From positions 294,955 to 358,954 of the forward strand of contig CBDEVG010000045.1 of NCBI GenBank assembly GCA_965243535.1: a DNA stretch of 64,000 bases, in the 5' to 3' direction. Positions within the stretch are counted from its first letter, which is position 1. Each line of letters starts with the position of its first letter. This document shows, piece by piece, positions 10,240-18,933 of this stretch. Origin of the DNA: Amaricoccus sp. (GTDB taxonomy: Bacteria; Pseudomonadota; Alphaproteobacteria; Rhodobacterales; Rhodobacteraceae). Below the pieces are notes generated by a model. The model did no database searches. It was not told where the DNA came from and saw only the letters and a program-made list of their open reading frames with translations. Both the position numbers and the translations under genes were made by a program.

Positions 10240-11346
10240 TCAGCCCAGGGGCCCGGTGGAATGCAGGCGGATCTTCAGCCCCCCATGGTCCACGGGCGGC
10301 CCCGGCGGCCCGAAGGGCAGGCCGGCGGCGCGGGCGAGGCCGGCGTCGCTGGTGACGATCCCGACCCGCCAGCCCTTGAACCGCTCCCGCAGGGTCTTGC
10401 CGAGCGCCCCGTAGAGGCCGAAGAGCAGCCGCTGCTCGCCGATCCGCGCCCCATAGGGGGGGTTCGCGATGACGAGGCCCGGCGGTCCCGGCGGCGGCTC
10501 CAGGTCGCTGACCGCCGTCCGGGCGAAGTCGCACCAGTCCGCGACTCCCGCCCGGGCCGCGTTCTCCGTCGCCATCCGCGCCGCGCCCTGGTCCCGGTCC
10601 GACCCCTGGAAGCGCGCCGCCGGGGTCCGCGGCGCCGCGGCCGCCTTCATCGCCGCCCAGGCCTCCGGGTCGAAGCCCGCGAACCCCTCGAAGGCGAAGC
10701 GCCGCCCCCGTCCGGGGGGGAGCCCCGCCGCGATCTCCGCCGCCTCGATGACGAAGGTCCCCGACCCGCACATCGGATCGACCACCGGCTCCGTCCCCCG
10801 GAACCCGCAGCCCCGCAGGAACAGCGCCGCCAGCGTCTCCCGCAGGGGGGCCTTGCCGACCGCGAGCTTGTGGCCCCGCTTGTGCAGCCCCTCCCCAGAG
10901 GTGTCGAGGCTGACCGTGCAGAGGTCGTCCTCGATCCGGACCAGGACCCGCACCCCCTCCGGCGCGATCCGGGCGTCCATCTCCTCCCGCAGCGCCGTCT
11001 CGATCCGCTGCGCCGCCGCGCCCGCGTGATAGATCCGCGACCGCCGGCAAACCGCCTCCACCCGCACGGCCGCGCCCCGGGGCAGGACCTCGGCCCAGGG
11101 AAACTTCCGCGCCCGCTTGTCGAGCTGGGCGAGGTGCATCGCCCGGAACGCCCCCAGCCGGACCAGCGCCCGGGTCGCGCCGCGCAGGGTCAGGTTCGCC
11201 CGCCAGACCTCGGGCCAGCCGCCGGCGGTCTCCACCCCGCCGGGAACCGCCCGCGGCGCGGCGAAGCCCGCCTCCGCCGCCTCGTCGCGCAGCAGGGGCT
11301 CCAGCCCCGGGGGGCAGACGAGGAAAATGTCGCGCGGCTCGGTCAT
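10240..11346 (-). CDS. THUMP-domain class I SAM-dependent RNA methyltransferase (RlmL / COG0116-like)
   Basis: 368 aa with MCGSGTFVIEAA (SAM motif I) and VIANPPYGARIG (N6/N2-MTase motif IV); N-terminal THUMP-like region. Confidence 0.75.
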   Translation of the reverse strand: MTEPRDIFLVCPPGLEPLLRDEAAEAGFAAPRAVPGGVETAGGWPEVWRANLTLRGATRALVRLGAFRAMHLAQLDKRARKFPWAEVLPRGAAVRVEAVCRRSRIYHAGAAAQRIETALREEMDARIAPEGVRVLVRIEDDLCTVSLDTSGEGLHKRGHKLAVGKAPLRETLAALFLRGCGFRGTEPVVDPMCGSGTFVIEAAEIAAGLPPGRGRRFAFEGFAGFDPEAWAAMKAAAAPRTPAARFQGSDRDQGAARMATENAARAGVADWCDFARTAVSDLEPPPGPPGLVIANPPYGARIGEQRLLFGLYGALGKTLRERFKGWRVGIVTSDAGLARAAGLPFGPPGPPVDHGGLKIRLHSTGPLG

Positions 11347-11468
11347 CCGCCCTCCTTATCCGGGCGGGGCCCCCGCGGCGAGAGGCTTGACGGCGGGCCC
11401 GCCCCGGGGCGAGATCCCGAGGCTGACCGGGACAGTCCCCCGCCTCCCCACCCGCCAAGGAGCGCGCC

Positions 11469-11909
11469 ATGGCCCTCTATCTCGAGGATCTGCACGAAGG
11501 CCAGACCTTCGCCAGCCGCGCGGAGGAGGTGACGACCGAGTCGATCAAGGCCTTCGCCGGTCAGTACGACCCCCAGCCCTTCCACCTCGACGAGGCGGCG
11601 GCGGAGGGGACCTTCTTCGGCGGCCTCGCCGCCAGCGGCTGGCAGACGGCCGCGGTCACCATGCGCCTGCTGACCGAGAGCGTCCCCCTCGCGGGCGGCG
11701 TCATCGGCGGCGGCGGGGAAATCCGCTGGCCCCAGGCGACCCGCCCGGGGGACCGGCTGACGGTGGAGAGCCGGGTGGAGAAGGTCGCCGCCTCCCGCTC
11801 CCGCTCCGACCGGGGAATGGTGACCCTGCGCAGCGAGACCCGCAACCAGCGCGGCGAGGTCGTGCAGATCCTGACCGCGACCCTCCTCGCCTTCCGCCGG
11901 CCGGAGTGA
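11469..11909 (+). CDS. MaoC-family (hot-dog fold) dehydratase
   Basis: 146 aa. LEDLHEGQTFASRAEEVTTESIKAFAGQYDPQPFHLDEAAA is a typical MaoC N-terminus. Confidence 0.8.
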   Translation: MALYLEDLHEGQTFASRAEEVTTESIKAFAGQYDPQPFHLDEAAAEGTFFGGLAASGWQTAAVTMRLLTESVPLAGGVIGGGGEIRWPQATRPGDRLTVESRVEKVAASRSRSDRGMVTLRSETRNQRGEVVQILTATLLAFRRPE

Positions 11910-11946
11910 CCTCCCGCCGGACAGAGCTCGAAGTCGGGCCTCAGGA

Positions 11947-12867
11947 TCAAGCCCTCGGGATCTGAGGGTCGGGGTCGGGCTTCAGGCCGCGCCGCCCGCC
12001 ACGGCGAGCGGCTGCGCCTCGTAGCCGAGCGCCCGGCAGATCTCGAAGCTCAGGTCGGGGTTGTTGAGGGGTGTAAACGTGCAGATGCTCCACCCCCTCG
12101 GCGATCAGCTCGCGCCACTGGTCGGCCGCCACCTCCACCGACAGGGCCCAGGCCGCCGCGTCGTCGGTCGCCTTGCCGAAGGCCTCGTGCAGCCGCTCGG
12201 GCACCCGCGCCTGGCAGCGCGCGGCGAAGTTCACCATGCGGGAGAACTTCTCGATCGGCAGCACCCCCGGCAGGATCGGGGCGGAGATGCCCGCCGCCGC
12301 GCAGGCGTCGCGGAACCGCAGGAAATCCCCGTTGTCGAAGAAGAACTGGGTGATCGCGTTCGAGGCGCCCGCGTCGATCTTGCGCTTGAGGTTGTCGATG
12401 TCCGCGGCGAGGCTCGCCGCCTCCGGATGCTTCTCGGGATAGGCCGCCACCGAGATCTCGAACTCGCCCGCCGCCAGCGCCGCCACCAGCTCCGCGGCCG
12501 AGCGGAAGCCTTCGGGATGGGGCTCGAACCGCGTCGCGCCCTGGGGCGGGTCGCCGCGCAGCGCCACGATCCGCCGGGCGCCCATCCGCCCGTAGCCCCG
12601 GGCCACCGCCAGGGTTTCCTCGCGGGTGGCGCCGACGCAGGTCAAGTGGCCCGCGACGTTCAGGTGCGCCCGCTCGATGATCGCCTGGATCGCCGCCGCC
12701 GTGCGGTCCCGGGTCGCCCCGCCCGCGCCGTAGGTGACGGAGACGAAGCGCGGCGCGAGGGGCGCGAGCCGCTCCACCGAGCGCCACAGCCGCAGGCCGC
12801 CTTCCGGCGTGCCGGGGGGAAAGAATTCGAAGGACAGACCCGGCAGGGCCTTGGACGTCGTGGTCAT
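11947..12867 (-). CDS. metF: 5,10-methylenetetrahydrofolate reductase MetF (apparent +1 frameshift near 3' end; see findings)
   Basis: Start ATG at 12867 (MTTTSKALPGLSFEFFPPGT...). Body matches MetF (NVAGHLTCVGATREE, AYPEKHPEA, ITQFFFD). The true C-terminus HFYTLNNPDLSFEICRALGYEAQPLAVAGGAA* lies in a different frame ending at 11982. As sequenced, the reading frame instead runs to 11947. Confidence 0.8.
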   Translation of the reverse strand: MTTTSKALPGLSFEFFPPGTPEGGLRLWRSVERLAPLAPRFVSVTYGAGGATRDRTAAAIQAIIERAHLNVAGHLTCVGATREETLAVARGYGRMGARRIVALRGDPPQGATRFEPHPEGFRSAAELVAALAAGEFEISVAAYPEKHPEAASLAADIDNLKRKIDAGASNAITQFFFDNGDFLRFRDACAAAGISAPILPGVLPIEKFSRMVNFAARCQARVPERLHEAFGKATDDAAAWALSVEVAADQWRELIAEGVEHLHVYTPQQPRPELRDLPGARLRGAAARRGGRRGLKPDPDPQIPRA

Positions 12868-12975
12868 GCGCACCGGTCCGAACCGACAATGAATGTTGCG
12901 CGACGTCATTACCTCTGGCCAGCGGCCCGGGCAACGGCTAACTGGCGAGGGTCCGTCCGAGCGAAGGGGGTTCCC

Positions 12976-13278
12976 ATGCCCGAGGTCCGCATCCTGTACT
13001 GGCGCGACATTCCCGCCCAGGTCATCGTCGGCGAGGGCCGCGCGGCCGCCAAGGCCCGGCTCTCCCACCGCTTCGAGGAAGCGATCGACGCCTGCGTCCT
13101 GCGCGGCCGCGACGCCGAGGCCTATCGCGCCGAATGGCGCCCGGGCGAGGCCTATGTGGTGGACGGCGACGCCGTCGAGATCGCGGCGGTCGAGGTCGAG
13201 CGCATCGAGTTCGCCTTTCCCGCCGAAGCCGTCCGCGCCCTCGTCGCTAACGAGGGCTGGGCCGAACCCCGCGCCTGA
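12976..13278 (+). CDS. Small conserved protein, probably PF13769-like ('virulence factor' family often adjacent to metF in alphaproteobacteria)
   Basis: ATG 12976 after GAAGGGGG. 100 aa, MPEVRILYWRDIPAQVIVGEGRAAAKARLSHRFEEAIDACVLRGRDAEAYRAEWRPGEAYVVDGD... Divergent from metF. Family assignment is from memory. Confidence 0.45.
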   Translation: MPEVRILYWRDIPAQVIVGEGRAAAKARLSHRFEEAIDACVLRGRDAEAYRAEWRPGEAYVVDGDAVEIAAVEVERIEFAFPAEAVRALVANEGWAEPRA

Positions 13279-13447
13279 GAGGCCATCCGAAACTTCGGAC
13301 GGGTCGACCCGACGGATCTTTTCCCGGAACGTCGATCCTTCCCGCCCATATCCCGATATTGACGGAAAGGCTCTCCTGCCGGATTCCCGAAACGCCCGCG
13401 TCGGCTCTCCGTCGCCGCATGTCCAGACAGTCTCTGAGGCCCGCCCG

Positions 13448-14100
13448 ATGCCCCGCTTCGCCCTGCTCTTCGACCTCGACGGCACGCTGATCGAAAGCGA
13501 CCACCTGCACCACGCCGCCTTTTCCCGGGTGATGGAGGAAATCGGTCTGCCGCCTCTGGGCTGGGAGGCCTATCGCACCGGCATCATGGGCAAGCCGAAC
13601 CTCCAGATCGCCCGGGACTGGTTTCCCGACCGCCCCGACGCGCTCGCCCTGGTCGACCGCAAGGAGGCGCTGTTCCGCGAGGCGCTCGCCGCCTCGGTCG
13701 CCCCGGTGGCGGGGCTTGCGCCCCTGCTCGACTGGGCGGAGGCCGCGGGCGCGGGGCTCGCCGTGGTGACCAACGCCCCCCGGGCCAACGCCGAGGCGAT
13801 GCTAGCGGCGGGCGGCCTCGCGGCGCGGCTGACCGAACTGGTGATCGGCGAGGAATGCGTCCGCTCCAAGCCCGACCCCCTGCCCTACCAGGAAGCGATG
13901 CGCCGGCTCGGCGTCACGCCCTCGCTCAGCTTCGCCTTCGAGGATTCCCCCTCCGGCCTGCGCGCCGCCCGCGCCTCGGGCGCCCATGTCTTCGGCCTGA
14001 CGAGCAGCCTGACCCCGGAAGAATTGCGGCAGGCGGGGGCCCACGAGGCCATCGCCGATTTCGCCGACCCCGCCCTCTGGACCGCGCTCGATGCGCTCCA
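13448..14100 (+). CDS. HAD-superfamily hydrolase (beta-phosphoglucomutase/CbbY-like); 3' end not defined by a stop codon
   Basis: MPRFALLFDLDGTLIESDHLHH (motif I DxDGT), VVTNAPRANAEA (motif II), SKPDPLPY and FEDSPSGLRAARASGAHVFGL (motifs III/IV). The protein-like sequence ends near ...FADPALWTALDAL (about 14095), but the frame stays open to 16567 through unrelated sequence. Confidence 0.65.
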
Positions 14101-16498
14101 CCTCGACCTCGGTCTCGCGCACGAGCTCCACGCGGAAGCGACGTACGCCGAGGCCCATCGCGCGTGGCACCTGCGACGCGGCGGACTGCGCATGCGCATG
14201 GAACACGGTGTTGCGACAGCCCACGTCGGCCTCGACGGGATGCTCCATGCCCGCGCGATCCTGGAGACCCACCACGTGCTTCTCGCACGGTCGACCACAC
14301 GTCTTGTGATCGCGCCCCTCCGACAGCAGCGCCGCGATCACGCAGTGCTCCATGTGGAAGAGCGGCATCGGGTGGTGCACCACGAGCTCGGCCCACGGAC
14401 CGAACGGCGAGTCGAGCAGCGCGAGCAGCTGCGTCGCGTCGAGATCGAACGAGGGCACGAACGCGTCGAGCCCCGCATCGAGGATCTCGCGCGCGCTGAT
14501 CCTGTTCGTCACGTTCAGCGAGAAATCGCCCACGAAACAAGGCGATCCAGAGGATCGTCCGGCGCGCGCACGGCCGACCTCGCGCAGGTGCCCGAGGCCT
14601 CGCACGAGCACCGCATCGGGCGCGAGCGAGTCGAGGTAGCCCTGGATCTTCTCTTCGCCCGGCTTGCGAATGCGCGGAGGGGCGACGCCCACGAACCTCG
14701 CGCCCTCGCTCCGCAGCGCGCGCACGGCCTGACCGGTGCCCGTGAGCTCGAGGAAGTCGAGGTAGACACCATCGGCACCTGCGGCGATCGCGGCGCGCGC
14801 CTGCGCGAGGTTGCGACAGAGCACGAAGAGGCCGCCCGAGGGTGCGTCGCGCTCGGGCGGCCGCGCCCGATCCACGAGCGCGCTCGCGGTGATGGACGAG
14901 GTCGCGATCGAACGCGACGCGGCCTTCGTGAGCGCGTCCGTCAGCGCGCGTCGCGCGCGGTGGAGAGACGAGACCGGCAGGAAGCGATCCTCGGGCAGAT
15001 CGATCGTCAGCGAGTCGAGCACGAACGTCGTCTCGCCGAGGCGCTCCATCGACTCGCGGATCGTCGTATCCGGCGTGGGCAGCTTCTTCGCGCGATCGAC
15101 GACCGCGTCGCCCACCACCTCGGCCACCAGGCCCCGCCGGCTCTCTGCGCGCAGCGTGAACGGCGCACCGGTCTCGCCAGAGATCGTGATGGCGATCGGC
15201 TCGCGGTGCGGATCGCGATCGAGCCGAGTGATCACGGCCTTCTCGAGCGAAGGGTCATCGTTCTTGAACACGCGACGTCCCACGAGCGACGCGTCGGGCG
15301 TGCGATCGGGGCCGAGCCAGACGCGCACCACGCTGCCCTCGCCGGCATGCTCGACGTCGCGCGCACCCCGCTCGCCACGCGCGCGCGTCTCCACGTTCCA
15401 CACGCGACCACCGAGCTCGCCCTCGCCGCCCAACGCGCCCTCGACGAGCAGACCATCGCCGCGCGCGACGCGCGTCTCGGTGTGCTCGATCACGATCATC
15501 GCGCGGCGCGCGTCGTGCTCGATCGCAGCGACGCGACCGACCACGAGGCCGCGGTGATCGCAGCCGCGCGCCTCGACCAGGCGCTGGTGATCGATGCCCG
15601 CGAGGAAGCCGGGCCCCGAGCCGCGCGAGTAGGTCTGGAGAGCCTCGGCTCGCAGCGCGCCGAGGGCGTCGTCGTCCATGCCGTCGATCGCGGCGCGGTA
15701 GAGGCGCGTGGTGCTCGCGACGTACGCCGGGCCTTTGAGGCGACCTTCGATCTTGAGCGAGCTGACGCCGACGTCGGCGAGCTCGGGCACCAGCGCGCTC
15801 GCCTCGAGATCCTCGGGCGACAGCAGGTACGCACGATCGTCGAGCGGGCGCCTCTCCCCATCGACGACGAGCGTGTACGGCAAGCGACAGGCCTGCGCGC
15901 ACGCGCCGCGGTTGGCGCTGCGGCCACCGATCGCCTCGCTCGTGAGGCACTGCCCGGAGTACGCGATGCAGAGCGCGCCGTGCACGAACACCTCGAGCTC
16001 CATGCCGCCTTCGCGCTCGCACGCACGCTGGATGGCCGTGATCTCGGTCAGACCCAGCTCGCGCGCGAGCACCACCCGCGAGACGCCGCGGTCCTTGGCG
16101 AAGAGCACGCTCTCGGCGTCGGTGCACGTCATCTGCGTCGAGGCGTGCAAGCGCAGCTCGGGCGCGATCGCGCGCGCCATCGCGAGCACGCCGAGATCCT
16201 GCACGATCACAGCGTCCACCCCTGCGCGCGCGCAAGCGCGGATCGCGGACTCCATCGCGCCGAGCTCGTGATCGAACACGAGCGTGTTGAGCGTGACGTA
16301 GCCCTTCACGCCGCGGGCATGGAGCGAGGCGAGGATCTCCGCGAGGCCCGCTTCGTCGAAGTTCGCGGCCCGTGCGCGCGCGTTGAAATGCGCGAGGCCG
16401 AAGTACACGGCGTCGGCGCCTGCGCGCATCGCGGCCTCGAGCGCCGCACGATCACCAGCGGGCGCGAGGACTTCGGGGCGCGTGCGGAGAGACTTCAT
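13802..16498 (-). CDS. Peptidase U32 family protein (collagenase-like; YhbU/YdcP family); last ~100 codons probably not genuine
   Basis: Start 16498 MKSLRTRPEVLAPAGDRAALEAAMRAGADAVYFGL... Conserved U32 core (ELEVFVHGALCIAYSGQCLTSEAIGGRSANRGACAQACRLPY) and C-terminal Cys module (HPMPLFHMEHCVIAALLSEGRDHKTCGRPCE). After ...VELVRETEVEVERIERG (about 14100) the frame runs antisense through the HAD gene to a stop at 13802. Confidence 0.7.
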   Translation of the reverse strand: MKSLRTRPEVLAPAGDRAALEAAMRAGADAVYFGLAHFNARARAANFDEAGLAEILASLHARGVKGYVTLNTLVFDHELGAMESAIRACARAGVDAVIVQDLGVLAMARAIAPELRLHASTQMTCTDAESVLFAKDRGVSRVVLARELGLTEITAIQRACEREGGMELEVFVHGALCIAYSGQCLTSEAIGGRSANRGACAQACRLPYTLVVDGERRPLDDRAYLLSPEDLEASALVPELADVGVSSLKIEGRLKGPAYVASTTRLYRAAIDGMDDDALGALRAEALQTYSRGSGPGFLAGIDHQRLVEARGCDHRGLVVGRVAAIEHDARRAMIVIEHTETRVARGDGLLVEGALGGEGELGGRVWNVETRARGERGARDVEHAGEGSVVRVWLGPDRTPDASLVGRRVFKNDDPSLEKAVITRLDRDPHREPIAITISGETGAPFTLRAESRRGLVAEVVGDAVVDRAKKLPTPDTTIRESMERLGETTFVLDSLTIDLPEDRFLPVSSLHRARRALTDALTKAASRSIATSSITASALVDRARPPERDAPSGGLFVLCRNLAQARAAIAAGADGVYLDFLELTGTGQAVRALRSEGARFVGVAPPRIRKPGEEKIQGYLDSLAPDAVLVRGLGHLREVGRARAGRSSGSPCFVGDFSLNVTNRISAREILDAGLDAFVPSFDLDATQLLALLDSPFGPWAELVVHHPMPLFHMEHCVIAALLSEGRDHKTCGRPCEKHVVGLQDRAGMEHPVEADVGCRNTVFHAHAQSAASQVPRAMGLGVRRFRVELVRETEVEVERIERGPEGGVGEIGDGLVGPRLPQFFRGQAARQAEDMGARGAGGAQAGGGILEGEAERGRDAEPAHRFLVGQGVGLGADAFLADHQFGQPRREAARR

Positions 16499-16523
16499 GG
16501 GGGCGGCGGGTCTACGGCGCGGC

Positions 16524-17453
16524 TCAGCCCGACGCCATCCCGGCGACCGTTCCGTCTTTGCGCTTGAGAGGGCGCAGATCGATGCGGCAGGTGGTCCCGC
16601 CGTGCTTGGGGATCGTCTTGGTGAGCTGGTAGCGAAGGCCGAACACCGACGAGATGCCGGCCTGGAACTGTCCGAAGATCCCGCAGTGCATCATCGACCA
16701 GCCCGGTGAGGTGAACCACGGGCAGGCCGTGCCCTCGATCATGCCGGTGTTCGCCGCGGCGTCGGCCTCGTGCCAGTGGTGCGGGTTCACGCGGAACACG
16801 TACTCGCTCATGCGCAGCACCTCGATCGCGCTCTCGGGGCGATCGGGCAGCGAGAACGTCGCCTTGGCGCGCTCGGCGCTCGCGCGACCGCCCTCGAAGC
16901 AGATCTGACCGAGCGCGGCGTTCGCGCCGACCGGCACGGCGCGCGGCAGCGTCTGCGTGAGCGCGATCAGGATCTCACCGAGGTGCGTCGTCACCTCGTG
17001 CCAGCGATCGATCACGGGCACGTCACGCAAGAGGCGCCACTCGAGCGCGAGGTGATCGCGCCGACGCGTGGGCGGCGCACCCGAGAGCCCACGGAACGGC
17101 CACGCACGACGCTTCGGATCACGCGCCACCATCGAGAGCGCACCGAGCACGGACGCCGCTCGTGCTTCATCCCCCGCGAGGCGCGGATGTCGCTCGACGA
17201 GTCGATCCCATCGCTTGCGGTACCCGATCGCCGCGGCCTTCGCGATCTCGTCCTCCGCTCGCTCGCGCGATCCGAGCACCGGCGTGAGCCCCTTGCGCAG
17301 CATCGCGTACCACGCGTGCATCCCGTCGGCGGCGAGCGTCCAGAGCAGCCACGGAGGCAGCTGCTCACGTCGATAGGCCTCGCGAACCACCCGCTCGAGC
17401 ATCGCGCGAGGATACCAGCGACTCGCGTCGAGGGCGTGGTAGCCCTCGGCCAT
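16524..17453 (-). CDS. Conserved hypothetical protein (about 309 aa)
   Basis: Protein-like part of ORF 16524..17951 begins at Met-167 (MAEGYHALDASRWYPRAMLERVVREAY...). The upstream serine-rich part is antisense junk. No family recognised (HHWHEADAAANTGMIEGTACPWF). Confidence 0.45.
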   Translation of the reverse strand: MAEGYHALDASRWYPRAMLERVVREAYRREQLPPWLLWTLAADGMHAWYAMLRKGLTPVLGSRERAEDEIAKAAAIGYRKRWDRLVERHPRLAGDEARAASVLGALSMVARDPKRRAWPFRGLSGAPPTRRRDHLALEWRLLRDVPVIDRWHEVTTHLGEILIALTQTLPRAVPVGANAALGQICFEGGRASAERAKATFSLPDRPESAIEVLRMSEYVFRVNPHHWHEADAAANTGMIEGTACPWFTSPGWSMMHCGIFGQFQAGISSVFGLRYQLTKTIPKHGGTTCRIDLRPLKRKDGTVAGMASG

Positions 17454-17733
17454 GTCCGCACCGACCGCCGATGAGCAGCTCGCTTCGTTGCGCGACGAGA
17501 TCGACACGATCGATCGCGTGCTGCTCGAGACGCTGGCGCGCCGACGCGGCGTCGTGTCGCGCATGCGCGACGCCAAGGCCGCCTTCGCCCTCCCCCGCAT
17601 CGATGCCGCGCGCGAGAGCGCCGTCCGCGGTCGCTGGCTGTCCGTCGCGCGAGAGAGGGAGCTGCCCGACGCACTCGCGCTCGCGCTGCTCGAGCTCGTG
17701 CTCGCCGACAGCCGAGCCCTCGTCGCGCGCTGA
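17452..17733 (+). CDS. Chorismate mutase-like protein (AroQ class)
   Basis: 93 aa. LASLRDEIDTIDRVLLETLARRRGVVSRMRDAKAAFALPRIDAARE matches the AroQ helix-1/2 pattern. Confidence 0.55.
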   Translation: MSAPTADEQLASLRDEIDTIDRVLLETLARRRGVVSRMRDAKAAFALPRIDAARESAVRGRWLSVARERELPDALALALLELVLADSRALVAR

Positions 17734-17763
17734 ACGAACGCAGGCGCTGCTATCGTACGCGCC

Positions 17764-18234
17764 ATGGCCCCCGCACCGTTCCGCACGGCGATGGACTCCG
17801 CGATCGCGAGCCAGACGCTCCAGAATTCCGAGGACCGCACGCACGCCGCGGCCGCGCACCTGCTCGGCGCCTTCGTGGGACTGATCACCGCAGGCGTCCT
17901 CTTCCCCGTGGCCGCGCCGACGCTCGTGCTCGTGATCAACTCGAGCCGCAACCCCTTCGTGCTCTTCCACGTGAACCAGGCTGCGTGGTTCCAGGCGCTG
18001 CTCAGCTCGATCCAGATCGTCGCGACGATCGTCTTCTTCGTCCTCTACTTCGTGACGTGCGGCGTGGGCGTGATCCTGCTCGTGCCGTTCATCCCGCTCT
18101 TCCTCGTCGGCTGGGCGCTCTCGGTGCTCTACCCCGCGTACATCGCGTACCAGGCGTACCAAGGTCAGTGGGCGCTCTACCCGTACCTCGGCAGCTGGGT
18201 GCTCGATCAGGAGTCGCCGCTCGTCGCCGATTGA
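17764..18234 (+). CDS. Small membrane protein, DUF4870-like
   Basis: 156 aa with 3-4 TM segments; AAAAHLLGAFVGLITAGVLFPV...HVNQAAWFQALLS pattern resembles the DUF4870/TM2 family. Confidence 0.5.
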   Translation: MAPAPFRTAMDSAIASQTLQNSEDRTHAAAAHLLGAFVGLITAGVLFPVAAPTLVLVINSSRNPFVLFHVNQAAWFQALLSSIQIVATIVFFVLYFVTCGVGVILLVPFIPLFLVGWALSVLYPAYIAYQAYQGQWALYPYLGSWVLDQESPLVAD

Positions 18235-18245
18235 TCACGCGAGGA

Positions 18246-18881
18246 TCAACAGCCGTCGTCGTTCAGACCGTCGCAGTCGTCGTCGACACCGTTGCCGCAG
18301 ATCTCGGCCACGTCGCACGTCGAGACCGTGCACAGACCGCCCGAGCAGATCTGGCCTGCTGCGCAGTCGCCGTCCGTCGCGCACGCCATGCCACAGCGCT
18401 GGCCGCTCTGCGTGCGATCGTCGGGAGCGCAGTCGATCACGTCGGGGGAGCCGTCGACATCACGGTCGCTGCCTCCGGGTGCGCCCACCACGGTGCCGCC
18501 CTCGAGGCGCACGGCGATCTCGAACGTGTCGGCCGTGTCGCTCAGGCCCTCGAGGAAGAGCGTGTCGATGGTGGCGCCCGGCAGCGTCGCGCCGAACGAG
18601 CCGTCAGCCGCCGTGTAGATCGCGACGCTCGCGCTCGACATCGGCGCCGAGGGATTCGTCACGCGCAGGGCGCGACCGCCCGGTCGCACCGCGCCCGCGC
18701 GGCCCGAGAGCCGCACCTCGCTCGCGCTCGCCTGCACCAGGCTCATGCGCGCCACGTCGAGCGAAGGCGGATCCGGGATCGGCGTCGCCAGACACGCCGA
18801 GAGACCCCACGAGACGACCAGCGCCGTGAGCGAGCGCCGAAGGACGCGGGAGACGGAGCGGTCGTTCGTGGGTCGGTGCAT
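18246..18881 (-). CDS. Cys-rich lipoprotein with MopE-type putative metal-binding motif (CxNGVDDDCDG)
   Basis: Signal/lipobox LVVSWGLSAC. The C-terminus carries CGNGVDDDCDGLNDDGC and other Cys pairs. Paralogous to the next gene. Confidence 0.6.
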   Translation of the reverse strand: MHRPTNDRSVSRVLRRSLTALVVSWGLSACLATPIPDPPSLDVARMSLVQASASEVRLSGRAGAVRPGGRALRVTNPSAPMSSASVAIYTAADGSFGATLPGATIDTLFLEGLSDTADTFEIAVRLEGGTVVGAPGGSDRDVDGSPDVIDCAPDDRTQSGQRCGMACATDGDCAAGQICSGGLCTVSTCDVAEICGNGVDDDCDGLNDDGC

Positions 18882-18933
18882 CGAGGCCTCTCAGGCTGAC
18901 AGATCACGCGGGATCAGAGGAGCTGCGTCGGGG

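Noticed and set aside
12893-16567. 1224-aa plus-strand ORF
   Set aside because: Only its first about 220 codons (from 13448) look like a real protein (HAD hydrolase). The rest is antisense to the U32 peptidase gene and is compositionally junk.
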